This document shows, in pieces, positions 1 to 8,400 of a stretch of 64,000 nucleotides of DNA. The stretch's first letter is position 1. Every line of letters begins with the position of its first letter. Origin of the DNA: a virus. Under the pieces are notes generated by a model. That model was not told where the DNA came from. It saw nothing but the letters and a program-made list of their open reading frames with translations, and did no database searches. The position numbers and the translations under genes are program-made. The DNA lies in IMG/VR virus record IMGVR_UViG_3300042564_005549, positions 1 to 64,000 of that record. One strand, given 5' to 3'.

Positions 1-1
1 T

Positions 2-1654
2 ATAGACAATTTTCTCAATAGTGTTTTCGAATATTGGATAATAAACGAGGACACTATTTTTTTGCCCATAACGATATGCTCTATCCTCCGCTTGACTATG
101 ATGTGCGGGAACAAATGACAAATCATTCATAATTACAATTTCTGCAGCAGTCAACGTGATACCAACACCACCGGCAATTATGTTTGATATGAATACTTTT
201 ACTTTATCGTTATTTTGAAACTTGTCAACAGACTCCTGTCTCCTTTCTTTCGACATTCTACCATCAAGAGTGACACAAGTCTTCTTATATTTTTCTTGTA
301 ACAAATCTAATGAACTTGTAAAGTTCGTAAACACAATTACCTTCTTACCTTGGTCAATACATTTATCAATCAATTCACAAGTGTACGGTATTTTTTCAAT
401 TGCAATTAATTGACGAATCTTCATCAATCTATTAAGTGTAACAGTAATACTTTCATTCTCCTTGTTATCTTTACTGATTCTCATAAAATCTTCTAATTCA
501 TCATCGTAGAAAGTATTTTTAAGTTCTAAATAAACAGGAGTTACAATTTTTTCAGGTAAGTCAAGTATGTCAGTTTTCATTCTACGTAAAACAAGACTTT
601 TGGTCCTCTCACGAAGTTCATCTAAATTACTTGCACCACTTGTATTCCAAACTTTTCTTTGACCAACTCTAAATTGGTAACCGGCGCAATATCTTCTTAC
701 ATACGATTGCCAATTCAATGTTAATGGAGACTCAACAATTTTTAATAAGTTGAAGTAGTTTATTGGTCTTGATGTCATAGGGGTACCCGTTAATAACCAA
801 ACTTTTGGAATCTGTTCCAATACGTCGTTTAATAATCGAGTTCTTTGTGCGGTATTATTTGAAATGTAATGTGCTTCATCGACAATTGCCAATTCAAATC
901 CTGCGTTAATCAATAACTTATAATCGTCACTATCCTCACTTTTATCGGTACTATGGAAGTTCTTTAAGATATCGTAGTTTATAATGTAATAATCAAAGGT
1001 GGACCCCCATTTACGTCCCTCAACTAACATTATCCTTCTATCGGTATAATTCTCAATTTCTCTTTGCCAGTTAATTTTCAGGGATGCCGGACAAACTATC
1101 AGAATTTTTCTGGCATTTGATTCTAATGACGCAATAACGGCTGCGGTCGTTTTACCAAGACCCATATCGTCAGCAAGAATAAACTTATCATTTGCTAATA
1201 ATTTTTCAATGGCTATCTTTTGATGTTCCATTGGTGGTCTTTTATGGTAAGGAGAATAATCAATAACTCTATTTAATTTCTTTTCTTCTTGTAAGATTGC
1301 AGATTTAGGAACCCACATCGCGTGGAATTTATCTGAATCGATGACCTTACCCCATATATGAAACGCTTTATCGGATTCACATAGTAACTTCTCAACCCAT
1401 ATCGTTTTAGGAACACTAACTAATAAACGTTGTTCCATAATCTTTTCACCAAATGAATCAACAATGTTAACATACTTCCTTGCAACTTTGGGAGTTACCG
1501 ATTGGTATTTTATAACATATTCTGCTTGTGGTCGAGTAAAGGTAAAACTCTTAGCAGTCTCTAATTTAGACTTCCATTCTAATAATTGATTATTAGAGCC
1601 ATCATACGTTGATAGTATAGTTCTAGCCTCTATTTCGGGAATTTTATTTTCCAT
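2..1654 (-). CDS. SNF2-family (SMARCAL1/HARP-like) helicase/ATPase, runs off the window start
   Basis: Not in the ORF track. Translated by hand from ATG at 1654 (MENKIPEIEAR...). Motifs: ILADDMGLGKT (Walker A), LIVCPASL, IVDEAH, LLTGTP, AGGVGITLTAA, QAEDRAYRYGQ. Confidence 0.93.
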   Translation of the reverse strand, partial: MENKIPEIEARTILSTYDGSNNQLLEWKSKLETAKSFTFTRPQAEYVIKYQSVTPKVARKYVNIVDSFGEKIMEQRLLVSVPKTIWVEKLLCESDKAFHIWGKVIDSDKFHAMWVPKSAILQEEKKLNRVIDYSPYHKRPPMEHQKIAIEKLLANDKFILADDMGLGKTTAAVIASLESNARKILIVCPASLKINWQREIENYTDRRIMLVEGRKWGSTFDYYIINYDILKNFHSTDKSEDSDDYKLLINAGFELAIVDEAHYISNNTAQRTRLLNDVLEQIPKVWLLTGTPMTSRPINYFNLLKIVESPLTLNWQSYVRRYCAGYQFRVGQRKVWNTSGASNLDELRERTKSLVLRRMKTDILDLPEKIVTPVYLELKNTFYDDELEDFMRISKDNKENESITVTLNRLMKIRQLIAIEKIPYTCELIDKCIDQGKKVIVFTNFTSSLDLLQEKYKKTCVTLDGRMSKERRQESVDKFQNNDKVKVFISNIIAGGVGITLTAAEIVIMNDLSFVPAHHSQAEDRAYRYGQKNSVLVYYPIFENTIEKIVY

Positions 1655-1661
1655 ATTAAAA

Positions 1662-1697
1662 TATAAATAATTAGATTGAATATTTAAACTATTTATA
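1662..1697. promoter_or_regulatory. divergent pair of TATTTATA putative late-promoter motifs
   Basis: TATAAATA at 1662-1669 (reads TATTTATA on -) before the helicase, and TATTTATA at 1690-1697 before the 1703 gene. The motif recurs before most structural transcription units. Confidence 0.65.
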
Positions 1698-1702
1698 GAG
1701 GT

Positions 1703-2215
1703 ATGGATAATAAACTACCAATCACAAGAATGTCCAAATTCTTCTCTAATGAAGACTTTGAACTACAGATTCAAATGGGGCAAGAGTACTTGCACGGAGA
1801 TTTAAATATGAAATTGGTTGTCTATCGTGTAGATAGAGCTAAGACCGATAAGGATAGTGTATACGGTGAAGTTGGTAAGGATGAAATTAAATACTTCCCA
1901 CCAATTGAGATTAACGCATTGGTTAAAGTTGAAGAACCGAAGAACTCATCATATAAAAATGGTATGTTGAGGTATCTTGAGCCAGGTAATCTTATATGTC
2001 AAGTCTATTTAAAACATTTAGATGAATTGGGTGTGGAGATTAAATACGGTGATTATATTGGTTATCCTGAGTCTGAAGGTAGAATTAGATATTATACCGT
2101 AACAAATGATGGTAGAGTGACTTCCGATAATAAACATAATTATTTTGGATACAAACCGTATTACCGTACAATAACTTGTGCACCTGTACAAGAATCTGAA
2201 TTTAGAGGAATATAA
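1703..2215 (+). CDS. putative neck/head-closure protein (T4 gp14-like)
   Basis: 170-aa ORF two genes upstream of the sheath, preceded by TATTTATA. Function inferred from synteny and size. Confidence 0.5.
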   Translation: MDNKLPITRMSKFFSNEDFELQIQMGQEYLHGDLNMKLVVYRVDRAKTDKDSVYGEVGKDEIKYFPPIEINALVKVEEPKNSSYKNGMLRYLEPGNLICQVYLKHLDELGVEIKYGDYIGYPESEGRIRYYTVTNDGRVTSDNKHNYFGYKPYYRTITCAPVQESEFRGI

Positions 2216-2216
2216 T

Positions 2217-3452
2217 ATGCCACTGCCAAAAAGAAAAAACAACATCTCGGTATACCGACAAAAGGAATTGTTAGATAGAAGACAAGAGTTACTTGAAAGA
2301 ATAACCAAATCTGACACATACCTACCTGATTCCATTTTACACGATGATTTGGATTTTGGTATGCTTGAATATGTTAAAACTAACTTTAAGGTAGTATCTG
2401 ACGGTGTTCAGATTCCTGTTATCGATAAAATATTAACAATCCAAAGATGGGGTGAAATAACAAACAATTGGAGTTTTTCAGATGAGGATGGTAATATGAA
2501 ACTACCATTCATTGCAATTATCAGAAAACCTGACGTTCAACCGGGAACAAATCCAATAGTTCAAAGAACGATTCCTGATAGAAGAACATTCTATTACGCA
2601 TCTGTTCCAACTTGGAACGGTACTCAAATGGGTGCCGATGTTTACAAGATACCTCAACCCGTGGCAGTTGATATTAGTTATGAGGTTGTAATCGTTTGTC
2701 AAAAATTCAGAGATTTGAACAGATTTAATAAAATCGTACTACAAAATTTCTCATCAAGACAAGATTACACAACAGTTAAAGGACATTTTGTTCCAATCAT
2801 ATTAGACAAGAATAGTGACAACTCTCCAATAGATTCAATGGACGGTCGTAAATTCTATATGCAGACATACGACTTTACGATGTTAGGATTTTTAATCGAC
2901 GAGGAAGAGTTTGAGGTTAAACCTGCGGTTAGTAGGTTATTTTTGATGACTGAGTTCATTGGTACAAAACCATTCGAAAAGAAATTCTTCAACAAATCAA
3001 TTGAGACCACGACTGCGAAGTTCGTAGCTGATGGTATGCAAACAACATTTAGTGTTGGTGAATCAATAGGGTTTTTGTTTTCAGTGGCTATAAATGGTCT
3101 TGTTCAAGAACCCGATGTTGATTACTTCCACATTGCAGGAACTTCTAAAATTACATTTGCAGAACCACCAAGTGAAAATTTTGAAATAACCATTTCATAC
3201 TATGCGGGTAGAAATAGTGTTTTCATTGATAGTTACGGTAAACCTTTATTCTTACAAAGTGAAAATTTTATATATGATGGGTCATCATTAGTTTTTACAG
3301 TTCAAAATAAGATTGATAGTGTTATTAACGTTAACGTGAACGGTCTTATCGATGAGGAAGGGGAAGGATTTGCAATTTCAGGAGACAAGGAAATTACGTT
3401 GTTGTTTGAACCGGTTGTTGGTTCGAATATTGGTATCACGTATATCAACTAA
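2217..3452 (+). CDS. putative tail terminator/completion protein (T4 gp15-like) with two C-terminal beta-rich repeats
   Basis: Start set at ATG 2217 (MPLPKRK). KLPFIAI and IPQPVAVDISYEV resemble gp15-type terminators. The C-terminus has two DG..F...V.NGL....ITF repeats. Lies just before the sheath. Confidence 0.6.
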   Translation: MPLPKRKNNISVYRQKELLDRRQELLERITKSDTYLPDSILHDDLDFGMLEYVKTNFKVVSDGVQIPVIDKILTIQRWGEITNNWSFSDEDGNMKLPFIAIIRKPDVQPGTNPIVQRTIPDRRTFYYASVPTWNGTQMGADVYKIPQPVAVDISYEVVIVCQKFRDLNRFNKIVLQNFSSRQDYTTVKGHFVPIILDKNSDNSPIDSMDGRKFYMQTYDFTMLGFLIDEEEFEVKPAVSRLFLMTEFIGTKPFEKKFFNKSIETTTAKFVADGMQTTFSVGESIGFLFSVAINGLVQEPDVDYFHIAGTSKITFAEPPSENFEITISYYAGRNSVFIDSYGKPLFLQSENFIYDGSSLVFTVQNKIDSVINVNVNGLIDEEGEGFAISGDKEITLLFEPVVGSNIGITYIN

Positions 3453-3607
3453 GATTCACCATATATATCCTTTTTCTTAGGTTTACAATACTCATCTATC
3501 CATTTTTCTAAAACCTTGTAAATTTTTAATCCATTTTTATCACAATAGGTTTTCAACATTTCGTGATGTTTATCACTAATTTTTACGTTTTTGCTTTTGT
3601 TTTCCAT
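3449..3607 (-). CDS. small ribbon-helix-helix-like DNA-binding protein (52 aa)
   Basis: Below the ORF-track cutoff. MENKSKNVKISDKHHEMLKTYCDKNGLKIYKVLEKWIDEYCKPKKKDIYGES has a strand-helix-helix pattern. TATTTAT lies on the - strand at 3615-3621. Confidence 0.65.
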   Translation of the reverse strand: MENKSKNVKISDKHHEMLKTYCDKNGLKIYKVLEKWIDEYCKPKKKDIYGES

Positions 3608-3734
3608 ATTAAAGATAAATAATAATAAAAAAAGATAATTAACTATCTTTTATAAGAAAAGTACGGAAATCTTTGCTAAAAACAAAGATATTTATTGAAT
3701 AAGTAATAAAAATAATTTAACCAAACAACAATCG

Positions 3735-6572
3735 ATGGCAAATTCAAACAAAGTATTCGTTTCTCCAGGTGTATATACGTCTGAGAAAGATTTAACATTT
3801 GTTGCACAAAGTGTCGGAGTAACAACATTAGGATTAGCAGGCGAAACTTTAAAAGGTCCAGCTTTCGAACCCGTATTGATTACAGATTTTGATGAATTCA
3901 AAACGTACTTTGGTCCAACATCACCTGAAAAATATGGTAATGGAAACCCAAAATATGAATTGGCATATGTGGCAAAGGCTTATTTACAAGAGTCTAACCA
4001 ATTATTCGTAACAAGAGTACTTGGATTAACAGGTTTCAAACCTAATAAAACATTCGGTATTAAAACTATTGCCGGTATCACTTGGGATTCTACAGAAACC
4101 CCTGTTGAGACTTCAGGAACTTTAATACCAACAGTAACAGGAATTACAGGAAGTACATTCTTCTCTGCGTTATCAGGTAAAACTGCTAGTACAGGTGATA
4201 GTGTTACTGACTTTATTGTTGACGGTTCATACTCTAATGGTGATTGGTTCACAATTGGTGTTGTTCCTGAAGATGATATTGCAACACAAACAGGTACTCA
4301 ATTAACTAGTCCATTAGGTGAATACACCAATCAAAACTGGTATAACACATACTACACAACAAGTGGTGGAAACGTTAACGGTTTATATTCTTACTTATTT
4401 AGTTATTCAGGAGCGTCTTCTACTTTCGTAGTAACAAGATACAACTATACAGGAACAACAAGTAACAGTTATGGTGATATCACAGTTGCGGCTTTAAGAC
4501 CTCGTGGTGGATACACAATGGAGTCATTAGATTTAGAAGTTACCACAAATGCTGGTTTCTTAATTAGTTCTGATACTTTAACCACAAATCCATTGGGTGA
4601 GTTTACAATTAATGTAACAGGTTCTACAAGTGGAGCAAAAGAATTTACTTGTTCTTTAGACACTACTTCTTCAAAATATATTACAAAAGTATTAGGTAAT
4701 GACGTATTTGACAAGAAACGTGATGAGATACCTGTATATGTTCACGAAGTTTACCCAACATTAATTAAGACATTATTTGAACAAGGTTTAATTCTTGGTT
4801 TAAGTTTGGATGAAGTTTACCACACAGTTGGAACTGACTTCGTTGGGGAATGGGATACACCAGCATCTCCGATGGTAGTTTCTGAAGTACGTGGTGGTAG
4901 AGTTTCTGACTTATTCCAAGTATTCACAGTTTCTGACGGTAACGCCGCTAACTATCAAGTGAAGATTACATTCCTTAACATTGATTTAGATACCGGTGAA
5001 TTTGATATTCTTGTTCGTGATTTCAACGATACTGACGATAATATGGTTGTATTGGAGAAATTTACAAGATGTACAATGGATTCAACATTACCAGGTTATG
5101 TAGCAAGAAAAGTTGGTACACAAGACGGTGAATATGAATTACGTTCAAAATACGTTATGTTAGTTATGGCTGACGAACACCCTGAAGATGCAATTCCTGC
5201 AGGTTTCAAAGGATTCGTTGCTGATAATTTAGCGAGTTCAACATCTGTAATAGGTGCTGTTAAATACAAAACACAATTCTTAGATGCGGGTGAAGAGACC
5301 GGTTCGTACTCATTAACAGGAGAACCAACATTATCAGCACAAGGAGATAAACCAAAGAAAACATCTTTAGGTCTATCATCACAAGTTGGTTTTGATAGTG
5401 ACTTATTAAAATACAAAGGTGTTGCACCTGATGCGGTAACTGTAGGTTTCCACTTATCATCTAATGCTTCTTCAATCACAGGTAATACAATCACTGGTAA
5501 AATGTTTGATTGTACACCATACGATTTAGAAGGTGTAAGTAAAGGTAAATTAGAAACAGTTGCATATCGTAAATTCACATTTGCAGTATGTGGTGGTTTC
5601 GATGGTTGGGACATTTATAGAAGTTCAAGAACTAACGGAGACGGTTATGTGTTCGGTAAAAGAACATATGTATCGGGACATACAACTAATAGTGGTGTGT
5701 TTAGTACTTCAGTTGGTAACTCTGACTATTATGCTTACTTAAAAGGAATTGAAACATATTCTAACCCTGAAGCTGTTGATATTAACATATTTGCAACTCC
5801 GGGTATCAATTTCGATGACCACAATTCTTTGGTAACTCAAACAATTGACATTATTGAAAACGATAGAGCGGATTCACTTTATATCATTAACTCACCAAAT
5901 GTTTCATCATCTGACGAAGTTACTGATTTATTAGACGGAGCAAACTTAGATAGTAACTATTCTGCAACATATTGGCCTTGGATTCAAGTTAGAGATAACG
6001 ACAATTCAACTCAATTATATCTACCACCAACAGGTGAGGTTGTAAGAAACATCGCATTAACTGATAATGTTTCTTATCCTTGGTTCGCGGTAGCAGGTTA
6101 TTCAAGAGGTTTGGTGAATTCAATCAAAGCTTTCAAAAAGTTAACTCTTGATGAAAGAGATTCACTTTACAAAAATAGAATTAACCCAATTGCAACATTC
6201 TCTGATACAGGTACAATTATCTGGGGTAACAAAACATTACAAGTTAGAGAATCTGCACTTGATAGAATTAACGTAAGAAGATTACTATTAAGAGCAAGAA
6301 AGTTAATTTCTGCAGTTGCTGTAAGATTATTGTTCGAACAAAATGACGAACAAGTAAGACAAGAATTCTTGAGATTGGTTAACCCAATTCTTGAATCAAT
6401 AAAGAAAGAAAGAGGTCTTTATGACTTTAGAGTATCAGTATCAAGTGACCCTGAGGACATTGATGCTAATACATTGAGAGGTAAGATTTACATCAAACCA
6501 ACTCGTTCTCTTGAATTTATTGATGTAGAATTCATTATTACACCAACAGGTGCTTCATTTGAGAATATCTAA
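3735..6572 (+). CDS. contractile tail sheath protein
   Basis: N-terminal SPGVYTSEKD; C-terminal YSATYWPW, PWFAVAG, INPI, IWGNKTL, RINVRRLL, IKPTRSLEFI. Confidence 0.97.
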   Translation: MANSNKVFVSPGVYTSEKDLTFVAQSVGVTTLGLAGETLKGPAFEPVLITDFDEFKTYFGPTSPEKYGNGNPKYELAYVAKAYLQESNQLFVTRVLGLTGFKPNKTFGIKTIAGITWDSTETPVETSGTLIPTVTGITGSTFFSALSGKTASTGDSVTDFIVDGSYSNGDWFTIGVVPEDDIATQTGTQLTSPLGEYTNQNWYNTYYTTSGGNVNGLYSYLFSYSGASSTFVVTRYNYTGTTSNSYGDITVAALRPRGGYTMESLDLEVTTNAGFLISSDTLTTNPLGEFTINVTGSTSGAKEFTCSLDTTSSKYITKVLGNDVFDKKRDEIPVYVHEVYPTLIKTLFEQGLILGLSLDEVYHTVGTDFVGEWDTPASPMVVSEVRGGRVSDLFQVFTVSDGNAANYQVKITFLNIDLDTGEFDILVRDFNDTDDNMVVLEKFTRCTMDSTLPGYVARKVGTQDGEYELRSKYVMLVMADEHPEDAIPAGFKGFVADNLASSTSVIGAVKYKTQFLDAGEETGSYSLTGEPTLSAQGDKPKKTSLGLSSQVGFDSDLLKYKGVAPDAVTVGFHLSSNASSITGNTITGKMFDCTPYDLEGVSKGKLETVAYRKFTFAVCGGFDGWDIYRSSRTNGDGYVFGKRTYVSGHTTNSGVFSTSVGNSDYYAYLKGIETYSNPEAVDINIFATPGINFDDHNSLVTQTIDIIENDRADSLYIINSPNVSSSDEVTDLLDGANLDSNYSATYWPWIQVRDNDNSTQLYLPPTGEVVRNIALTDNVSYPWFAVAGYSRGLVNSIKAFKKLTLDERDSLYKNRINPIATFSDTGTIIWGNKTLQVRESALDRINVRRLLLRARKLISAVAVRLLFEQNDEQVRQEFLRLVNPILESIKKERGLYDFRVSVSSDPEDIDANTLRGKIYIKPTRSLEFIDVEFIITPTGASFENI

Positions 6573-6590
6573 TCTAAAAGGAGATAAAAT

Positions 6591-6622
6591 AAAAAAGGGG
6601 TTCCGAAAGGACCCCTTTTTTT
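6591..6622 (+). terminator. rho-independent terminator after the sheath gene
   Basis: A6-GGGGTTCC-GAAA-GGACCCC-T7. Confidence 0.85.
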
Positions 6623-6652
6623 ATATAGACACCATAATGGTGGGATAGAAAC

Positions 6653-6666
6653 GTTCCACGAGGAAC
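6653..6666. other. parS-like palindrome
   Basis: GTTCCACGAGGAAC differs at one position from the parS core variant GTTCCACGTGGAAC. Confidence 0.45.
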
Positions 6667-6917
6667 CAAAAATTTATAAAAATTATATCTTTATAAATTA
6701 CCCAGTATCTAGAACTAGTTGTTCTAGTATTTATTAATATATTATTAATAATCTAGTTCTTATTATGTTATTCTGGTGTCATACTGGAGCCTAGAGAAAA
6801 AATAAACAAAAAAAATGAGAAAATCAAGTCTCATCGAATAAATAAACGAAAAAAAACTATTTTCCAAATAGCACATATTTATAGGAAAGTAATAATTAAA
6901 AACTTAACAAATACAAA

Positions 6918-7406
6918 ATGGCAGATTTATTAATGAAAATGCCGGTTCCTTACGAACCGAAAAGACAGAACCGATTTATCCTAAGATTCCCTTCATCATT
7001 GGGTATCAATGAGTGGTATGTAACATCGGCTTCGAGACCTAAAGCAACAATTGCAGAAACTGAAATTCCTTTCTTAAATACATCAACATATGTTGCTGGT
7101 AGATTTAAATGGGAATCAATCTCAGTTAAATTTAAAGACCCTATTGGTCCTTCTGCAGCACAAGCATTAATGGAGTGGTTCCGTTTACACGCGGAGTCTG
7201 TTACAGGGCGTATGGGATACGCTGCTGGTTATAAAAAAGATATTGAACTTGAAATGTTAGACCCAACAGGTGTTGTGGTTGAAAAATGGATTCTTCAAGG
7301 TACATTCTTATCAGGATTGGATTTTGGTTCATTAGATTATAGCCAAGACGCTTTAGCTGATATCAGTGCTACGTTAAGAATGGATAGATGTATCCTTGTA
7401 TACTAA
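6918..7406 (+). CDS. tail tube protein (T4 gp19-like)
   Basis: 162 aa after the sheath. EPKRQNRF, GRFKWESI, GYKKDIELEMLDPTGVVVEKWILQG, LDYS. Confidence 0.9.
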   Translation: MADLLMKMPVPYEPKRQNRFILRFPSSLGINEWYVTSASRPKATIAETEIPFLNTSTYVAGRFKWESISVKFKDPIGPSAAQALMEWFRLHAESVTGRMGYAAGYKKDIELEMLDPTGVVVEKWILQGTFLSGLDFGSLDYSQDALADISATLRMDRCILVY

Positions 7407-7433
7407 TATTACAATAAACATAAAATCTGTCTT

Positions 7434-7465
7434 AAAGGTCCTCAAAAGGGACCTTTATTTTTTTT
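7434..7465 (+). terminator. rho-independent terminator after the tube gene
   Basis: AAAGGTCC-loop-GGACCTTT followed by a T tract. Confidence 0.8.
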
Positions 7466-7471
7466 ATAAAC

Positions 7472-7500
7472 TTTACTTTATTATACTTATAGTTTAAACT
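7472..7500 (+). promoter_or_regulatory. sigma70-like promoter candidate for the chaperone gene
   Basis: TTTACT-17 nt-TAAACT ending 6 nt before ATG 7507. Confidence 0.4.
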
Positions 7501-7506
7501 TACAAT

Positions 7507-8256
7507 ATGGAAGAATTGAGAATAGACCCAACAATTGCATACGACGTAGTTGAACTACCGAGTAGAGGTATATACTACCCAAACAATAAAAAATCCTTAA
7601 GGATTGCATATCTAACGGCTGCAGATGAAAATATTTTAGCGGCACCGAATTTAATACAAACAAATTCAATTGTTAGTGAATTATTGAAAAGAAAGGTGTT
7701 AGATAAAGATATCAACACTGATGATTTAGTGGAAGAAGATAAACAAGCGATTTTAATATTCTTAAGAAATACTTCATTTGGTACTGAATATAAAATGAAT
7801 ATCACAGACCCTAAAACAGGAGAAGTTTTTTCTCAAGTATTTGACTTATCAAGTGTAAAAATTAAAGACTTCAAGTTAGAACCAAATAGTGACGGAGAAT
7901 ATAGTTTCTATATGGAAAAAAGTAAGGCTGAAGTGACTTTTAAATTCTTGACACAAAAAAATCAAACAGAAATTGATAAAATCAGAGAGAGTTGGAATGG
8001 GATTGGTGCACCACCTATTATTACCAAACAACTTGAAATGATGATTAAATCTGTTGGTGGAATTAAAGACCAAATGCAGATTAGACATTTCATTGATAGA
8101 ATGCCAATAAAGGATTCTCAAGATTTTAGAAAATTCATTTCAGAAAATAAACCAAGTTTAGATTTAACACAAACAGTAACTACCCCGTCAGGAGAGACAA
8201 CCCAAGTTGAAATCGGGTTCGGGGTTGAGTTTTTTCGCCCTTTCTACGGAATATAA
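7507..8256 (+). CDS. tail assembly chaperone / T4 gp26-like hub assembly protein
   Basis: Between tube and tape measure. VELPSRG, LTAADENIL, DLVEEDKQAILIFLR, C-terminal FGVEFF. Confidence 0.75.
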   Translation: MEELRIDPTIAYDVVELPSRGIYYPNNKKSLRIAYLTAADENILAAPNLIQTNSIVSELLKRKVLDKDINTDDLVEEDKQAILIFLRNTSFGTEYKMNITDPKTGEVFSQVFDLSSVKIKDFKLEPNSDGEYSFYMEKSKAEVTFKFLTQKNQTEIDKIRESWNGIGAPPIITKQLEMMIKSVGGIKDQMQIRHFIDRMPIKDSQDFRKFISENKPSLDLTQTVTTPSGETTQVEIGFGVEFFRPFYGI

Positions 8257-8263
8257 GAAAGGA

Positions 8264-8386
8264 ATGCTAGACGAGATTTTATTTTTAATTAAACGAGGTT
8301 TCTCGTATTCAGATTTAATTTCAATGCCTGTCTATGTAAGAAGATACTATATTAACTACTTATTAGAAATAGAATCTGATAACTAA
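8264..8386 (+). CDS. small gp51-like / chaperone T segment (40 aa), possibly fused to the upstream chaperone by frameshift
   Basis: Not in the track. MLDEILFLIKRGFSYSDLISMPVYVRRYYINYLLEIESDN. Its frame stays open back through the T6 run at 8230-8235. Confidence 0.7.
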   Translation: MLDEILFLIKRGFSYSDLISMPVYVRRYYINYLLEIESDN

Positions 8387-8400
8387 TCTATTTATATAGT

